DNA of 64,000 bases from Phycisphaerales bacterium. GTDB lineage: Bacteria > Planctomycetota > Phycisphaerae > WQYP01. The stretch is taken from NCBI GenBank assembly GCA_027451365.1, contig DAIDJN010000058.1, forward strand, positions 96,001 to 160,000. Reading direction: 5' to 3'. The stretch's first letter is position 1. Every line of letters starts with the position of its first letter. Both the position numbers and the translations under genes were made by a program. Shown piece after piece: positions 39,520-50,655 of this stretch. The notes beneath the pieces were generated by a model. That model worked only from the letters and a program-made list of their open reading frames with translations, was not told where the DNA came from and did not search any database.

Positions 39520-40133
39520 ATAATTCCTTTGCCAATAAATGGATTTTCCGCTTGTGCAGTTTCACACATATTTGTCCAGGTTCGCGAAGCGTCAGGGCGA
39601 TGCCACGGATTCCAGGGAAGTGCCTGCCTGGAATAATATGGTCCCTTGTGAACCAGACCTTCAAAAAGATGATTCGCCAATGCGCGAACCATGGGCTTCA
39701 CGGTGTGACTTAAACGCGAGCCAATTTCCAGGCTTGCCGCGCCTATGGCCAGAACAAAGGCCGGCGGCACATTGCCGAAGACCTTGTCACATAATGCCAT
39801 CAGTTGCTCCGGCGTTTCGTGGTGCCCAAGGCGACCAGGGTGTTCTTCATGCCGGTCGGGTTGTACACGGACAGCATCCAGGAATCCCACAGGCACCTTC
39901 ACGCTCGCATCGATAAAAATGACACATTTTGAACGACTGATATTCTCCGCAAGTTCCGGCAAAAGCTGCATCACGGCCAGCGCCACAACGCCCGGCGTAT
40001 GTTCCATTGCCAGACGATTCGCGAGAAGCTTGGCCACAACCGGACCGACGCCATCATCACTGCGCAAGGTGTTGCCAAAACCGATGACCAGGGTATCGTG
40101 CGGTTCATTGGGTTTAGTCGCGTGAGAGTACAT
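39516..40133 (-). CDS. hoxW: Hydrogenase maturation protease
   Basis: LVIGFGNTLRSDDGVG, QLLPELA, FIDAS, GHH. Follows hoxH. Confidence 0.88.
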   Translation of the reverse strand: MYSHATKPNEPHDTLVIGFGNTLRSDDGVGPVVAKLLANRLAMEHTPGVVALAVMQLLPELAENISRSKCVIFIDASVKVPVGFLDAVRVQPDRHEEHPGRLGHHETPEQLMALCDKVFGNVPPAFVLAIGAASLEIGSRLSHTVKPMVRALANHLFEGLVHKGPYYSRQALPWNPWHRPDASRTWTNMCETAQAENPFIGKGII

Positions 40134-41538
40134 CGAACACCTCGCCGTCGGGACCTTTTAATTCCACGCGCAATGGCATTTGTCCCAATGCATGGGTGGA
40201 ACAACTGAGGCATGGGTCGAAGCAGCGAATCACCGCCTCCACCCGGTTGAGCATTCCTTCCTGCAGTTTGCGGCCATCAATAAATCGCTCGGCCACCTGC
40301 CTGACCCCCCGGTTCATCGCCAGATTGTTATGCCCTGTCGCGATAATCATATTGGCCCATGTCATAAGGCCATTTTTATCGATTTTGTAATGATGGATAA
40401 GCGTGCCGCGCGGAGCCTCGGACATACCGACGCCTTCAAAACGGTTGGGCCGCGCGCGCGCCCGGACATGTTCATCAAGAATATCGGGTTCTTCCAGCAG
40501 TTCCCTGATTTTTTCAATTCCATATAGAATTTCCACAAGGCGTGCCCAGTGATAATGAAAGCTGCTTTGCGGAGCGCGTCCCAATCGGCTGCGAAACAGT
40601 CCGAGTTCCCGATCCGCCAGCGGTGTGCCGCAACGTTCGGCCACCACAAGCCGCGCCAGCGGACCCACACGATATATTCCTTCCGGATAGCCGCGCGGCT
40701 TGAAATAGGGAAATTTAAGATAGGTGTAATTTTCCACCGCTTCACCAATGAAATTCGGATAATCATGAGGATGGGCCAGTTCCGCGACCGGCCGGGCATG
40801 TTCATCGACAAAGCGCAGGGGGCCATCATAATGTTCAAGTGTGCCTTCTTCGTTGACCAGTCCGGCAAAAAGAGTGGGAAAATTAGCGAAGACATCGGCT
40901 TCCGCCGGGTAGTTATCCTGCACGGCGTGAAAACATTCCAGCCCCCGGCCAATACGTTCCAGAGCGTCGGGAATGGTGGCCAGAATCGTGTCGCGATCTT
41001 GCGAGCTTAAAGGTGTGCTCACGCCGCCGGGCACCACCCATGCGGGGTGAATTTTCTTTCCCCCCAGCAATCCGATAATTTCCTGACCGAACTTCCGCAC
41101 CATAATGCCGTCGCGCGCGAATTCCGGGTGCGAACCGACCAGACCGAAAATATTTCGGGTGGCTGGGTCACCGTCCATACCATAAATCAGGTCCGGACTG
41201 GAAAGATGAAAAAATGAAAGCGCGTGGCTCTGCACCATTTGTGCCAAATTCATAATACGGCGCAGCTTGATGGCGGTGGGGGGCAATTCAACGGCTAGAA
41301 TATCATCGCAGGCCTTGGAAGAGGCCATCAGGTGACTGACCGGACATATACCGCAGATACGTGCCATAATGCCGGGCATTTCCGGCAATGGCCGTCCCTG
41401 AACGAAAGTTTCAAATCCGCGGAATTGTGTGACATGAAACTGCGCGTCGCGAACTTTACCTTCGTCATTGAGTTCTATGGTAATTTGGGCGTGTCCCTCA
41501 ATGCGTGTCACCCCTTTTATTTTAATTGTCTGTCCCAT
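40114..41538 (-). CDS. hoxH: Bidirectional NAD-linked [NiFe] hydrogenase large subunit (group 3d)
   Basis: TRIEGH, L1 [22 protein letters not shown]2 [12 protein letters not shown] plus a cleavable C-terminal tail. Alternative start at 41562. Confidence 0.96.
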   Translation of the reverse strand: MGQTIKIKGVTRIEGHAQITIELNDEGKVRDAQFHVTQFRGFETFVQGRPLPEMPGIMARICGICPVSHLMASSKACDDILAVELPPTAIKLRRIMNLAQMVQSHALSFFHLSSPDLIYGMDGDPATRNIFGLVGSHPEFARDGIMVRKFGQEIIGLLGGKKIHPAWVVPGGVSTPLSSQDRDTILATIPDALERIGRGLECFHAVQDNYPAEADVFANFPTLFAGLVNEEGTLEHYDGPLRFVDEHARPVAELAHPHDYPNFIGEAVENYTYLKFPYFKPRGYPEGIYRVGPLARLVVAERCGTPLADRELGLFRSRLGRAPQSSFHYHWARLVEILYGIEKIRELLEEPDILDEHVRARARPNRFEGVGMSEAPRGTLIHHYKIDKNGLMTWANMIIATGHNNLAMNRGVRQVAERFIDGRKLQEGMLNRVEAVIRCFDPCLSCSTHALGQMPLRVELKGPDGEVFDVLSRD

Positions 41539-41570
41539 GATGATATCCTTTGTAACTTTCATATATTTGG

Positions 41571-42137
41571 TTATTTACCAAAGCGCGTGACGGTACTGCT
41601 TTCCGGTTTGCGGCCCGCCAACAATTCTGTCAGTACGTACCAGATGGCATCGGCCGGAGGCGGGCAACCGGGCACATACGAATCCACGGTTATGACTTCA
41701 TGAAGTGGAACGGCATGAGGGCGAAGCGGCGGCACCACCTTAAGTGGCAGGCGGGCCATGCGCTGCGCGGGTTCCGCGGGGGAAGATGCCTTTTCCACAT
41801 ACGCTGCGGTAAGCAGCGTCTCCGGTTTCCATCCATTGCGCATGCCCGGCACATTGGCGGTTACGGCACAATCACCCATTGAAATAACCAGTTTACTGCG
41901 CTGGCGGATCAGCAGAGCTTTGTGGAAATCCTCTTCACTGCTGACGGCGCCTTCCACCAGCGTCACATCCACATTCAATGGAAATTCCTTCGGGTCTACC
42001 ACCGGCGAATAGACCACCTCCACCAGCGACGCCAGCGTGATAAGCCTCTCGTCCAAATCCATGAAACTCATGTGGCAGCCCGAGCAGCCATCCAGCCATA
42101 CCGTTGCGATTCTGGGTTTATTGTTCGCCGTGGTCAT
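41571..42137 (-). CDS. hoxY: Bidirectional hydrogenase small subunit
   Basis: WLDGCSGCHMS, VEGAV, GDCAVTANVPG, PGCPP. Confidence 0.95.
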   Translation of the reverse strand: MTTANNKPRIATVWLDGCSGCHMSFMDLDERLITLASLVEVVYSPVVDPKEFPLNVDVTLVEGAVSSEEDFHKALLIRQRSKLVISMGDCAVTANVPGMRNGWKPETLLTAAYVEKASSPAEPAQRMARLPLKVVPPLRPHAVPLHEVITVDSYVPGCPPPADAIWYVLTELLAGRKPESSTVTRFGK

Positions 42138-42865
42138 TTATCGACCTCCCGCATAAGGGTTAAATATGGTAGAAATTCATGTTTTTTTATCATTTCGCCA
42201 ATGGCTGTTCCGCGGTGCGTCAGGGCACCAGTCGGGCATACGTTCACACATTTGCCGCAGCTGGTGCAGGTTTCGCTTTCGCCCCATGGTTCATCAAGGT
42301 CATTAATGATGGCGGCGGAAATGCCGCGGCCCTTGACATCTTTGGTGTGGGCACCTTCAATTTCGCCGCACACCCGCACGCAACGTGTGCACAGGATGCA
42401 ACGGTTCTGATCCAGGCGGAAAAAGTCGTGTGAATTATCGACCGCAAGTTTGGGAAACCGGTAGGGCAGGTGCACATGGTCCACACCAAGCTGCGACGCC
42501 ATGGTCTGAAGTTCGCAGTGCCCATTGCTTACGCACACACTGCACACATGATTTCTTTCCGCCAGAAGCATTTCAACAATCATCTGGCGATATTTGTGCA
42601 GGCGCGGTGTATGAGTGCGCACCACCATGCCTTCGGCGCATTGGGTCGCGCAGGCGGCGAACAGTTTTGTCGAGCCTTCCACTTCCACCATGCACAAGCG
42701 GCAACCTCCCCAAAGGGTCAGTCCTTCCAGCCAGCATAGCGTTGGAATCGCGATCGCGTGCTCGCGCGCCACTTCCAGTAAAGACTGTCCGGTGCGGCAA
42801 CTGACCGCATTGTCATCTATTGTCAGTGTAATGGACTCAACAGAAACAGATTTAGCCCGATTCAT
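42134..42865 (-). CDS. hoxU: Diaphorase Fe-S subunit HoxU
   Basis: [57 protein letters not shown]. Confidence 0.95.
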   Translation of the reverse strand: MNRAKSVSVESITLTIDDNAVSCRTGQSLLEVAREHAIAIPTLCWLEGLTLWGGCRLCMVEVEGSTKLFAACATQCAEGMVVRTHTPRLHKYRQMIVEMLLAERNHVCSVCVSNGHCELQTMASQLGVDHVHLPYRFPKLAVDNSHDFFRLDQNRCILCTRCVRVCGEIEGAHTKDVKGRGISAAIINDLDEPWGESETCTSCGKCVNVCPTGALTHRGTAIGEMIKKHEFLPYLTLMREVDK

Positions 42866-44544
42866 GATACCACCTCCAGAGCCACGGTTGTGCCAACGGC
42901 AACGGAATCGGCGTTTTGAACGGCCCGCGCCGCCTCGCCTTTTTTTATAAGGTCCAGGTAATCGTCTTCGAAGTGCCGCAATGTGCTGAGCACCGGGTTC
43001 GGGGCCGACTGCCCCAGACCGCACAAACTTGTATTTTTCACCATGTCGCAAAGCTCTTTAAGCAGCGCCAGGTCGGTGTGAGTGCCGTGTCCTTCATAAA
43101 TACGATCGAGCAGGCGGTGCATCTGCCAGGTCCCCACACGGCAGGGCACGCATTTGCCGCAGCTTTCGGTCATGCAGAATTCCATGAAGAACCGCGCAAC
43201 ATCCACCATGTTGCTGGTCTCATCCATCACAATCATGCCGCCCGAGCCCATGATGGAGCCGATTTTCGCCAGGGATTCGTAATCCAGTTTAATATCCAGA
43301 TCGCGTGCTGAAATACATCCGCCTGATGGCCCGCCGGTCTGCATCGCCTTAAAGGCTTTGCCGTCCGGTATCCCGCCGCCAAGGTCAAACACAATTTCCC
43401 GCAGCGTGATGCCCATCGGTACTTCAATAAGGCCGGTGTTGCGAATCTTTCCGGTAATGGCGAATATTTTCGTCCCTTTGCTTTTCTCTGTTCCGATGGA
43501 CGAAAACCACCCCGCCCCTTCACGGATTATTGGCGCGATCGTGCCGTAGGTTTCAACGTTGTTAATCAGGGTGGGGCAGCCAAATAAGCCGGAATTCGCC
43601 GGATAGGGCGGTCTGGGGCGTGGCAATCCGCGGTTGCCTTCCACGCTGGCAATAAGCGCGGTTTCTTCGCCGCATACAAAAGCCCCGGCCCCCAGACGAA
43701 TTTCCACGGTGAAATTAAATCGCGTGCCAAATATCCCATTCCCCAGCAGTTCATGGCGCATCGCCTGATTAATCGCCTTAGTCAGACGTTTAACTGCCAG
43801 AGGATATTCCGCCCGCACGTAGATCACGCCATGATCTGCGCCTACGGCGTATGCCGCAATCGCCATTCCCTCCAGCACGCGGTGCGGATCCCCTTCCATC
43901 ACACTGCGGTCCATAAACGCGCCAGGGTCGCCCTCATCACCATTGCAGATCACATATTTTTGTGCTCCGCCGGCTTTGGCCACGGTGCTCCATTTTAGCC
44001 CCGTTGGAAATCCGGCGCCACCGCGGCCGCGCAATCCGCTGGCGGTGATCTGGCTGATCACGTCAATAGGGCTCATTTCCGTCAGGACTTTCAAAAGAGC
44101 TTCATAGGCTCCGTGCGCAACACAGTCCGCGAGGTCTTCGGGATCCATCCGGCCGGAATTTGATCGGACAATCAATTTCTGCTTCCTGAAAAAGCTCTGC
44201 TCCAGATCGCATACCAGGTGTTTTAATTCCGGATTTCCGGTGGGGCTGTCCAATCCCTGTACAATGGCCTGGGCATGTTCTGGTGTCACGTTCTGATACA
44301 TCGGATGTCCGTCATTCACCTTGACCATCGGCCCGTTGCCACAAAGCCCCATACAGCCCACGCCCATCACGCGGACTTCCTTTTGCAGACCACGAGCCTT
44401 GACCGTCTCGTTTATGCGCGCAACAATCTGATCGCTGCGCGAGCTTATGCAGCCGGATTCCATGCAAACGCCGATACAGTGCTTGTATCCGGCGTTAAGA
44501 ATCCGCTTTTTCTCGGCCATGTTCGCCAATTCTTCGGGTTTCAT
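42862..44544 (-). CDS. hoxF: Diaphorase NAD/FMN-binding subunit HoxF
   Basis: N-terminal thioredoxin-like 2Fe-2S cysteines, [52 protein letters not shown]. Confidence 0.95.
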   Translation of the reverse strand: MKPEELANMAEKKRILNAGYKHCIGVCMESGCISSRSDQIVARINETVKARGLQKEVRVMGVGCMGLCGNGPMVKVNDGHPMYQNVTPEHAQAIVQGLDSPTGNPELKHLVCDLEQSFFRKQKLIVRSNSGRMDPEDLADCVAHGAYEALLKVLTEMSPIDVISQITASGLRGRGGAGFPTGLKWSTVAKAGGAQKYVICNGDEGDPGAFMDRSVMEGDPHRVLEGMAIAAYAVGADHGVIYVRAEYPLAVKRLTKAINQAMRHELLGNGIFGTRFNFTVEIRLGAGAFVCGEETALIASVEGNRGLPRPRPPYPANSGLFGCPTLINNVETYGTIAPIIREGAGWFSSIGTEKSKGTKIFAITGKIRNTGLIEVPMGITLREIVFDLGGGIPDGKAFKAMQTGGPSGGCISARDLDIKLDYESLAKIGSIMGSGGMIVMDETSNMVDVARFFMEFCMTESCGKCVPCRVGTWQMHRLLDRIYEGHGTHTDLALLKELCDMVKNTSLCGLGQSAPNPVLSTLRHFEDDYLDLIKKGEAARAVQNADSVAVGTTVALEVVS

Positions 44545-45053
44545 GATTCAACCTTTCCAGCCATCACGTTATCCAATCGGTCCAGCAGCATTGTCGCCTC
44601 ACTCTTCCCCTGCACCTGTCCATCCACCACCGCGGCGGGTGCAAGGCCGCAAGCGCCTATGCAGCGCGCCACCAGCAGAGACATTTCCCCGTCCGCCGTT
44701 GTCTGACCATCGTGAATGCCCAGTTTCTTTTCCACTTGTTCCAGCAACTGTTTGCTTCCCTTGATGTAACACGCTGTGCCCAGACAGACCACGCAGGTGT
44801 GTCGGCCCTGCGGCTTAAGTGTGAAATGGTGGTAAAAAGTCGCAACGCCATAAATTTTTGATAACGGCACGCGTAAGCTTGTGGCCACCCATCGCAATGC
44901 CGGTTCATCCAGATACCCCATGGCCTGCTGGACGCTGTGCAGGGTCTCTATCAGACCGCTGGGTTCAAACCCAGTGCGGCGCATGGTCGCTTCCACAATT
45001 CTCCAGCGTTTGTCTTCGGTGGGAGCCGAAGGTAATGTGTGTGTCATCGTCAT
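44541..45053 (-). CDS. hoxE: Diaphorase 2Fe-2S subunit HoxE
   Basis: [30 protein letters not shown]. Confidence 0.93.
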   Translation of the reverse strand: MTMTHTLPSAPTEDKRWRIVEATMRRTGFEPSGLIETLHSVQQAMGYLDEPALRWVATSLRVPLSKIYGVATFYHHFTLKPQGRHTCVVCLGTACYIKGSKQLLEQVEKKLGIHDGQTTADGEMSLLVARCIGACGLAPAAVVDGQVQGKSEATMLLDRLDNVMAGKVES

Positions 45054-45079
45054 ATGATTACTCCTGTATAATTATTTGT

Positions 45080-46138
45080 TCAGCAAATCCGCGGCAATTG
45101 CTCGCCGTACGGCTTTTGCAGCACGCGTCGGCCGCCGATGGTCGTCCACATTTCACATATCCCATCCGTCTGTTCACCAATATGCCCGATGACACAGGAC
45201 TCCAGACCCGTCGGATAATGCCGCAATGTTTCCAGAACTGTTTCTGATTTTTCCGCCGACACGACAATCACCACTTTTCCCTCATTGGCGACTTCCAAAG
45301 GGTCAAGTCCCAGCATGGCGGCGGCGTGACGCGCCTCGGGCTGTATAGGTATCCGTGCTTCGTCCAGAACCACATGCCGCCCGCTTTGCCGTGCTAAATC
45401 CGCAGCCACACCAGCCAGACCACCGCGCGTAGGATCTCGCATAAACTTCACTTCCGGCGTATGGCGCAGCACATCGGATATCATGACATTCAGAGGCGCT
45501 GCATCGCTGCGTAAAATGCTTTTTACTTCCGGCATGTCGCGGGTAAGCATCACCGCCAGGCCATGTTCTCCGATGGTCCCGCTCAAAATAATCAGGTCTC
45601 CCGGTTCCACCCGAGATGGATGCAGTTGCCGGCCCGCCGGCACTCGACCCATGCCCGCTGTGATCAAGTAGATGCCATCCGCCTGTCCGCGACCGACCAC
45701 CTTGGTGTCGCCGGTAATCACGCAAACGCCCGCCTCTTCGGCCGTGGACTGCACGGAATCCAGCACATTCTCCAGCGTTTTGGTCTCCAGGCCTTCTTCT
45801 AAAATCATGGCCAGAGCTAGTCCCAACGGCTCGGCACCGCTCACCGCCAGATCATTGATCGTTCCTGAAACGGCCAGGCGACCAATATTGCCGCCCGGAA
45901 AAAACAGCGGCTGAACCACATAGCTGTCAATTGTTAAAGCCAAACGACCAGTTCCCCGTCCGACAATTCCTGCATCCAGCAAATTGCCTAAGACGGTGTT
46001 GTTCAATCTGGGTAAAACCATATTTTGAATCAAACTGTCGGTGAGCTGCCCGCCACCGCCATGGGCCAGCGCCACGCGTGTTAAATTACCGGTTGTGCCC
46101 ACTGTTTCAACCAATTTAGGTCCGGTCGGTGCTGTCAT
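45080..46138 (-). CDS. hypE: Hydrogenase maturation protein HypE
   Basis: LAHGGGG, DSYVVQPLFFPGG, GDTKVV, RDPTRGG, ANEGK, C-terminal LPRIC. Confidence 0.96.
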   Translation of the reverse strand: MTAPTGPKLVETVGTTGNLTRVALAHGGGGQLTDSLIQNMVLPRLNNTVLGNLLDAGIVGRGTGRLALTIDSYVVQPLFFPGGNIGRLAVSGTINDLAVSGAEPLGLALAMILEEGLETKTLENVLDSVQSTAEEAGVCVITGDTKVVGRGQADGIYLITAGMGRVPAGRQLHPSRVEPGDLIILSGTIGEHGLAVMLTRDMPEVKSILRSDAAPLNVMISDVLRHTPEVKFMRDPTRGGLAGVAADLARQSGRHVVLDEARIPIQPEARHAAAMLGLDPLEVANEGKVVIVVSAEKSETVLETLRHYPTGLESCVIGHIGEQTDGICEMWTTIGGRRVLQKPYGEQLPRIC

Positions 46139-47343
46139 GATAATAGCTCCTGCGGTTTGGACTTTGCGGCGAATGCTCCTCCACCACAACCGTATTTGAA
46201 CCATGCGGCACAGGTTCCCTCGGAACTGACCATGCAAGGGCCGATCGGATTAATGGGCGTACAGACTTTTCCGAATAGCTTGCAGTTTCCAGGTTCGGCC
46301 AGGCCGCTGATCACCTGACCACACAGACAACCGCGCGGTTCGCTTTCTTGGGGTTGCACAAGAGAGAATCGCACGCGGGCGTCAAATCGCGAAAATTCAG
46401 TCCGTATTGCCAGACCACTTTCATCCATTGCCCCCAGACCACGCCAGCGGGCACTGCAGGGTTCGAAAATAGTCGCCAGCAATTTCTGTGCGGCGATATT
46501 TCCGTCAGCCCGCACCACTTCCGGGTATTGATTGATCAGGGCGCTGCGTCCCGCCAGTGCCAGTTCCGTCAGGTCCGCCAGTGCCGAAAGCATCTGCTGC
46601 GGTTCGAATCCGCCGATCACACAGGATTTGGCATATTCCGCCACAATGGGCTCATAGGCCCGCGAGCCTATAATGACCGAGACGTGACCGGGCGCCATGA
46701 AGCCATCCACACCCAGCCCCGTGGTGGGGGCCGCGTTCAAAAGTGCCCGCATGGCGGGGATAATCCGCTTGTGGCTGGCCAGCACTGAAAAATTGTCAAC
46801 ACCCCGGCGATGCGCTTCCAATATGGCCGCCGCTGTGGCGGGAGCTGTGGTTTCAAAACCGACGGCCGCAAAAATGATTTCCCTGTCCGGTTCCTTTTGC
46901 GCAATGGCAAGTGCGTCGAGTGAACTGTAAATCACCCGGACATCCGCCCCGGCCATGCGCGCTGTTTCCAGAGTGCCTCGTCGGCCCGGAACTCGCAACA
47001 TATCCCCATACGTACAAATAATGACGTTGGCAAGCCCTGCTACTCCTACCATCAGGTCAATGTCGCTTTGTGCCGTCACGCAAACTGGACAGCCCGGACC
47101 GCTGATAAGTCGTATATTTTCAGGCAATACGGTTTTCAGGCCGCAACGAAATGCGCTCATGGTGTGCGTGCCACACACTTCCATAAAAGCCAATGAACCG
47201 TTGACCTTTGCCGCGGCGGTTCCCAGTCGCGATAACAATTGGCGAATGTTCTGGCACGGCTTTAACGGCGACGGCAGTTTGGTCAGGAGTTCTGTCGCAG
47301 GCCGCATAGTGTCAGCTGATGAATGAAGAGTTGATATTCTCAT
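46135..47343 (-). CDS. hypD: Hydrogenase maturation protein HypD
   Basis: MEVCGTHT, GPGCPVC, GFETTAP, PGHVS, GPCMVSSEGTC. Confidence 0.96.
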   Translation of the reverse strand: MRISTLHSSADTMRPATELLTKLPSPLKPCQNIRQLLSRLGTAAAKVNGSLAFMEVCGTHTMSAFRCGLKTVLPENIRLISGPGCPVCVTAQSDIDLMVGVAGLANVIICTYGDMLRVPGRRGTLETARMAGADVRVIYSSLDALAIAQKEPDREIIFAAVGFETTAPATAAAILEAHRRGVDNFSVLASHKRIIPAMRALLNAAPTTGLGVDGFMAPGHVSVIIGSRAYEPIVAEYAKSCVIGGFEPQQMLSALADLTELALAGRSALINQYPEVVRADGNIAAQKLLATIFEPCSARWRGLGAMDESGLAIRTEFSRFDARVRFSLVQPQESEPRGCLCGQVISGLAEPGNCKLFGKVCTPINPIGPCMVSSEGTCAAWFKYGCGGGAFAAKSKPQELLS

Positions 47344-47576
47344 GCCGGGCCTCCCGCATTTTCCGCTCCGGCCAAATCGCGAAGCGTGGCAAATGTCTGC
47401 TGGGCGTCGTGCTCATTAATCTGTTCAATCGCGAATCCTGCATGAACCAGAAGCCAATCGCCGATTCTTGCACCCGGAGTAAGCTGAGTATTGACCGGCA
47501 ACTCGTTTCCGTGAAGATCAACGGTGCCGTTATCTCCGGTCAAGCGAATTAATTTTGCTGGTACGGCCAAACACAT
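47340..47576 (-). CDS. hypC: Hydrogenase maturation chaperone HypC
   Basis: MCLAVPA, GDWLLVHAGFAI. Confidence 0.96.
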   Translation of the reverse strand: MCLAVPAKLIRLTGDNGTVDLHGNELPVNTQLTPGARIGDWLLVHAGFAIEQINEHDAQQTFATLRDLAGAENAGGPA

Positions 47577-47590
47577 CGTCGCGTCCCCTT

Positions 47591-50032
47591 CTAAAAAGTC
47601 TGGTTCCGGCCCCGTATCCCATCGTTCTGATGGCCGGTCCGGTGGGCATTGCCCGCGTTGCGTGCCGCTGCCACCACCGCCTGCCCATAGGAAATGCCAC
47701 CATCTCCCGCAGGCACAAGCCGGTGTTGCAATACGGTATAGCCCCGCGTTTCCAGCAGACCGGCCAGCCGATGGGCGAACCGGGCATTCGTCATCACGCC
47801 GCCGGTAAGCCCCACCGTATCAATTCCCGTTTTTTCCACGGCCTGGGTCACCAGCGCTGCCCACGCTTGCGCAAGGGCCTCATGAAAACACCACGCGATC
47901 TGAGTCGCGGACATGCCCGAACGTATTGCCGCCAGCGTTGCTCTCCAGAATTCGCTCAGGTCTATCTGAAGTCCATTTTCATTGTTTAAAACGGCCCAGG
48001 CGGTTGTCAGCATCGGTGCTTCGCGGTCGGCGGCCACGTCGGCCGCGGCCTGTACGGACATTGCCGCCTGAGCCTCAAAACTGTTTACTTTTGTTAATCC
48101 CAATAGCGCGGCCACGGCGTCAAAATAGCGGCCCGCACCACTGCTTTTTACCAGTGCAATCCCACGTCGCATCATGGTCAGCATCATGGCACTTTCCCGG
48201 CTATCCGGAAAAAGAGCCTGAACAACAGGTTCATCAGCCGCCTGTTCTCCCATGGCCTGATACACCGCGGAAAGTGCACACCGCCGAATATCGCCCGCAG
48301 CCCGATCGCCACCTGGCAACATCAGGGGACGAAGTCCGCCAAGGCGACGGTAATCCGACAGTCCCGCCTGCAGCAATTCCCCACCCCACGAACTTCCATC
48401 CGGTGCCAGACCGGTGCCGTCACATACCACAGCCAGAATATCGCGATGTTGGTTGTGCTCTCCCATAAGAGCCGCCGCATGGGCATGATGATGCTGCACA
48501 CCGATTAAGCGAATATGCTTACCGGCCGCACGAGCCACCGCAAAGCCCGTGCTCACATACATGGGATGTAAATCATGAGCGATCCACTGCGGACGGATGC
48601 CCAGCAGGGACGACAGATCGCTCATAGCCTTTTTGAAATATTCAAAAGCCAGAGGATGTGTGATGTCTCCCAAATGCTGGCTTAGGATGGCCTGTTGCCC
48701 ATTCACCAACGCGATGGTGTTTTTCAATTCCGCCCCGACACACAAGCCCATCCCCTCCGCCGCCACCGGTAAATTCAGCGGGGCGGGCACAAAGCCGCGC
48801 GATCGGCGAATGGGTAGTGGCGAGCCAGTTTCCATATCCATAAACACAGAATCATCCACGCATCGTTCAATCGGGCGGTTGTGTTCCAGAATTGCATCGC
48901 ACAGATCGCCCAGCCGACTTTGCGCTTCGCCATTGTCAATTACAAGCGGTTCGTCCTGCACGTTGCCACTGGTCATCACCAGATGATGCGGAGCATTGGG
49001 AATTGCTTGCAGCGCGTCAAACAACAGATGCTGCAGAGGCGTATAAGCCAGCATGACCCCCAGCCGATTGTTGCCCGGTGCCACTTCCGCCGCAACCGGT
49101 GCATTGGCGCGCCGCGTCGCCAGAACAATGGGCGCAGCCGGATCACGCAGCATCCGCCAACCCGCCGCACTCAGTGTCACCAATTCTCCTGCCGCTTGAT
49201 CATCCGCACACATGATCGCGAACGGTTTGGCGTCGCGATGTTTCAATTGCCGCAGGCGGCTTACCGCTCCCGCCTGATCGCACCGCACCGCCAGATGAAA
49301 TCCGCCAATGCCTTTAATGGCCACAATTTTTCCCGCGGCCAGGGCGCTCGCTGCACCTGTGACAGGGTCACCCGGAACAATATGCCCATTGGCTCGAATC
49401 AAACGCACCTGCGGACCACATTGCGGACAGGCAATCGGCTGGGCATGAAAGCGGCGATTGCCCGGATTCGCATATTCTTCATGGCAGTCTGGACACATGG
49501 CGAATTCCCGCATGGTCGTGTTCGGGCGGTCATAAGGAATGCGTTGAATGATGCTGTAACGCGGACCGCACTGTGTGCAGTTAATCAATCCATGGCCAAA
49601 GCGCCTGTTGCCCGGTTCGCGCATGTCGCGCAGGCAATCCGGACATATGGCCGTATCCACCGTTACTGTGGACTTGGGGCTGCCTCCGGCAGCGGTCCCG
49701 GTCACGATCTGAATGTCAGGCGTTGGCGCAATAACAAATTCATCCAGACATTCACGCGGACTGATGAATTCAACCCGGCATTCATCGATGCGAGCCAAAG
49801 CGGGTAATTCCTTTTTCAACCCCTCGGCCAATCGATCAAGTGCGGCGGCATTTCCCTGAGCCTCAATAATGACACCTTGCGCGTTGTTCCAAACCGCTCC
49901 GCAAAGGTGTTGCCGGCGTGCCAGGCGATAGACAAACGGACGAAACCCCACCCCCTGAAGTTGGCCACGCAGGAACCAGCGTCTTGCAATGACCTGTGCG
50001 GTATTTGATTGCAGCCTGTTCATAAGAAGCAT
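47591..50032 (-). CDS. hypF: Carbamoyltransferase HypF
   Basis: QGVGFRPFVY acylphosphatase domain, Zn fingers (CPDC/CTQC/CPDC/CPQC), KGIGGFHL, QHHHAH, DGTG, PAGDGGISYGQ. Confidence 0.96.
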   Translation of the reverse strand: MLLMNRLQSNTAQVIARRWFLRGQLQGVGFRPFVYRLARRQHLCGAVWNNAQGVIIEAQGNAAALDRLAEGLKKELPALARIDECRVEFISPRECLDEFVIAPTPDIQIVTGTAAGGSPKSTVTVDTAICPDCLRDMREPGNRRFGHGLINCTQCGPRYSIIQRIPYDRPNTTMREFAMCPDCHEEYANPGNRRFHAQPIACPQCGPQVRLIRANGHIVPGDPVTGAASALAAGKIVAIKGIGGFHLAVRCDQAGAVSRLRQLKHRDAKPFAIMCADDQAAGELVTLSAAGWRMLRDPAAPIVLATRRANAPVAAEVAPGNNRLGVMLAYTPLQHLLFDALQAIPNAPHHLVMTSGNVQDEPLVIDNGEAQSRLGDLCDAILEHNRPIERCVDDSVFMDMETGSPLPIRRSRGFVPAPLNLPVAAEGMGLCVGAELKNTIALVNGQQAILSQHLGDITHPLAFEYFKKAMSDLSSLLGIRPQWIAHDLHPMYVSTGFAVARAAGKHIRLIGVQHHHAHAAALMGEHNQHRDILAVVCDGTGLAPDGSSWGGELLQAGLSDYRRLGGLRPLMLPGGDRAAGDIRRCALSAVYQAMGEQAADEPVVQALFPDSRESAMMLTMMRRGIALVKSSGAGRYFDAVAALLGLTKVNSFEAQAAMSVQAAADVAADREAPMLTTAWAVLNNENGLQIDLSEFWRATLAAIRSGMSATQIAWCFHEALAQAWAALVTQAVEKTGIDTVGLTGGVMTNARFAHRLAGLLETRGYTVLQHRLVPAGDGGISYGQAVVAAARNAGNAHRTGHQNDGIRGRNQTF

Positions 50033-50066
50033 CCCATTGCTGTTTACATCCGGTATGGCTCAGGGC

Positions 50067-50084
50067 CTGTGAATATTTTCACAA
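50067..50084. promoter_or_regulatory. Rex-type operator (alternatively a CRP-family site) upstream of the hyp-hox-nifJ operon
   Basis: cTGTGAATATTTTCACAA has one mismatch to TTGTGAA-N4-TTCACAA and lies about 35 bp upstream of hypF. Confidence 0.7.
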
Positions 50085-50655
50085 GCTCCGTCCGCTTAGC
50101 TTTCGCCCGGACTTCAATTACAAGACTATCCAGTCGCTGAATCATGTGAATCAGTAAGACCACCCGAAGTGGCTAGGCCTCCTTCCCCGCCATGTCTACA
50201 GTAATTTCCCTATACCCCGCCGTCGAAATGAAGGTACGACCTGTCCCAAAATTGTTTTCTCGCCAATCGAACTTCGCGCTGTCCGAGTATAAATTTGAAC
50301 ATTTTGCAAAGTACGCGCAGGCCATGCGCCTTTATTGTTTTGCTACCGCCGCTTGGCGCGACTATATGCGGATAGGTTATTGTAATGCTGGCCGGTCGCG
50401 TGATAACGGTGTTGAAAGGATTCGCGCGGCGAATTGCGGGCGGTCCGGCGGCACAAGTTCGCCGCAGTGTCGCTGTGATTTCCAAGGAGCGGCTCATTTG
50501 CTATATTTGGTAACGCTGATTCGGAATGCAGCGATTCCGGGTGACGCGTTGAATTGGCCGCCTGAGAAAATGTTGGGTGCAGTTCTGCCTTTCATTGAGG
50601 CCGTCCGGCAAGCAATGAAAAATCAAATTGGATTACTGACCGGAGTTATAAAATC

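Noticed and set aside
42862..45053. Complex I nuoE/nuoF
   Set aside because: The context with hoxU/Y/H and the N-terminal 2Fe-2S extension indicate the Hox diaphorase. No membrane nuo genes are present.
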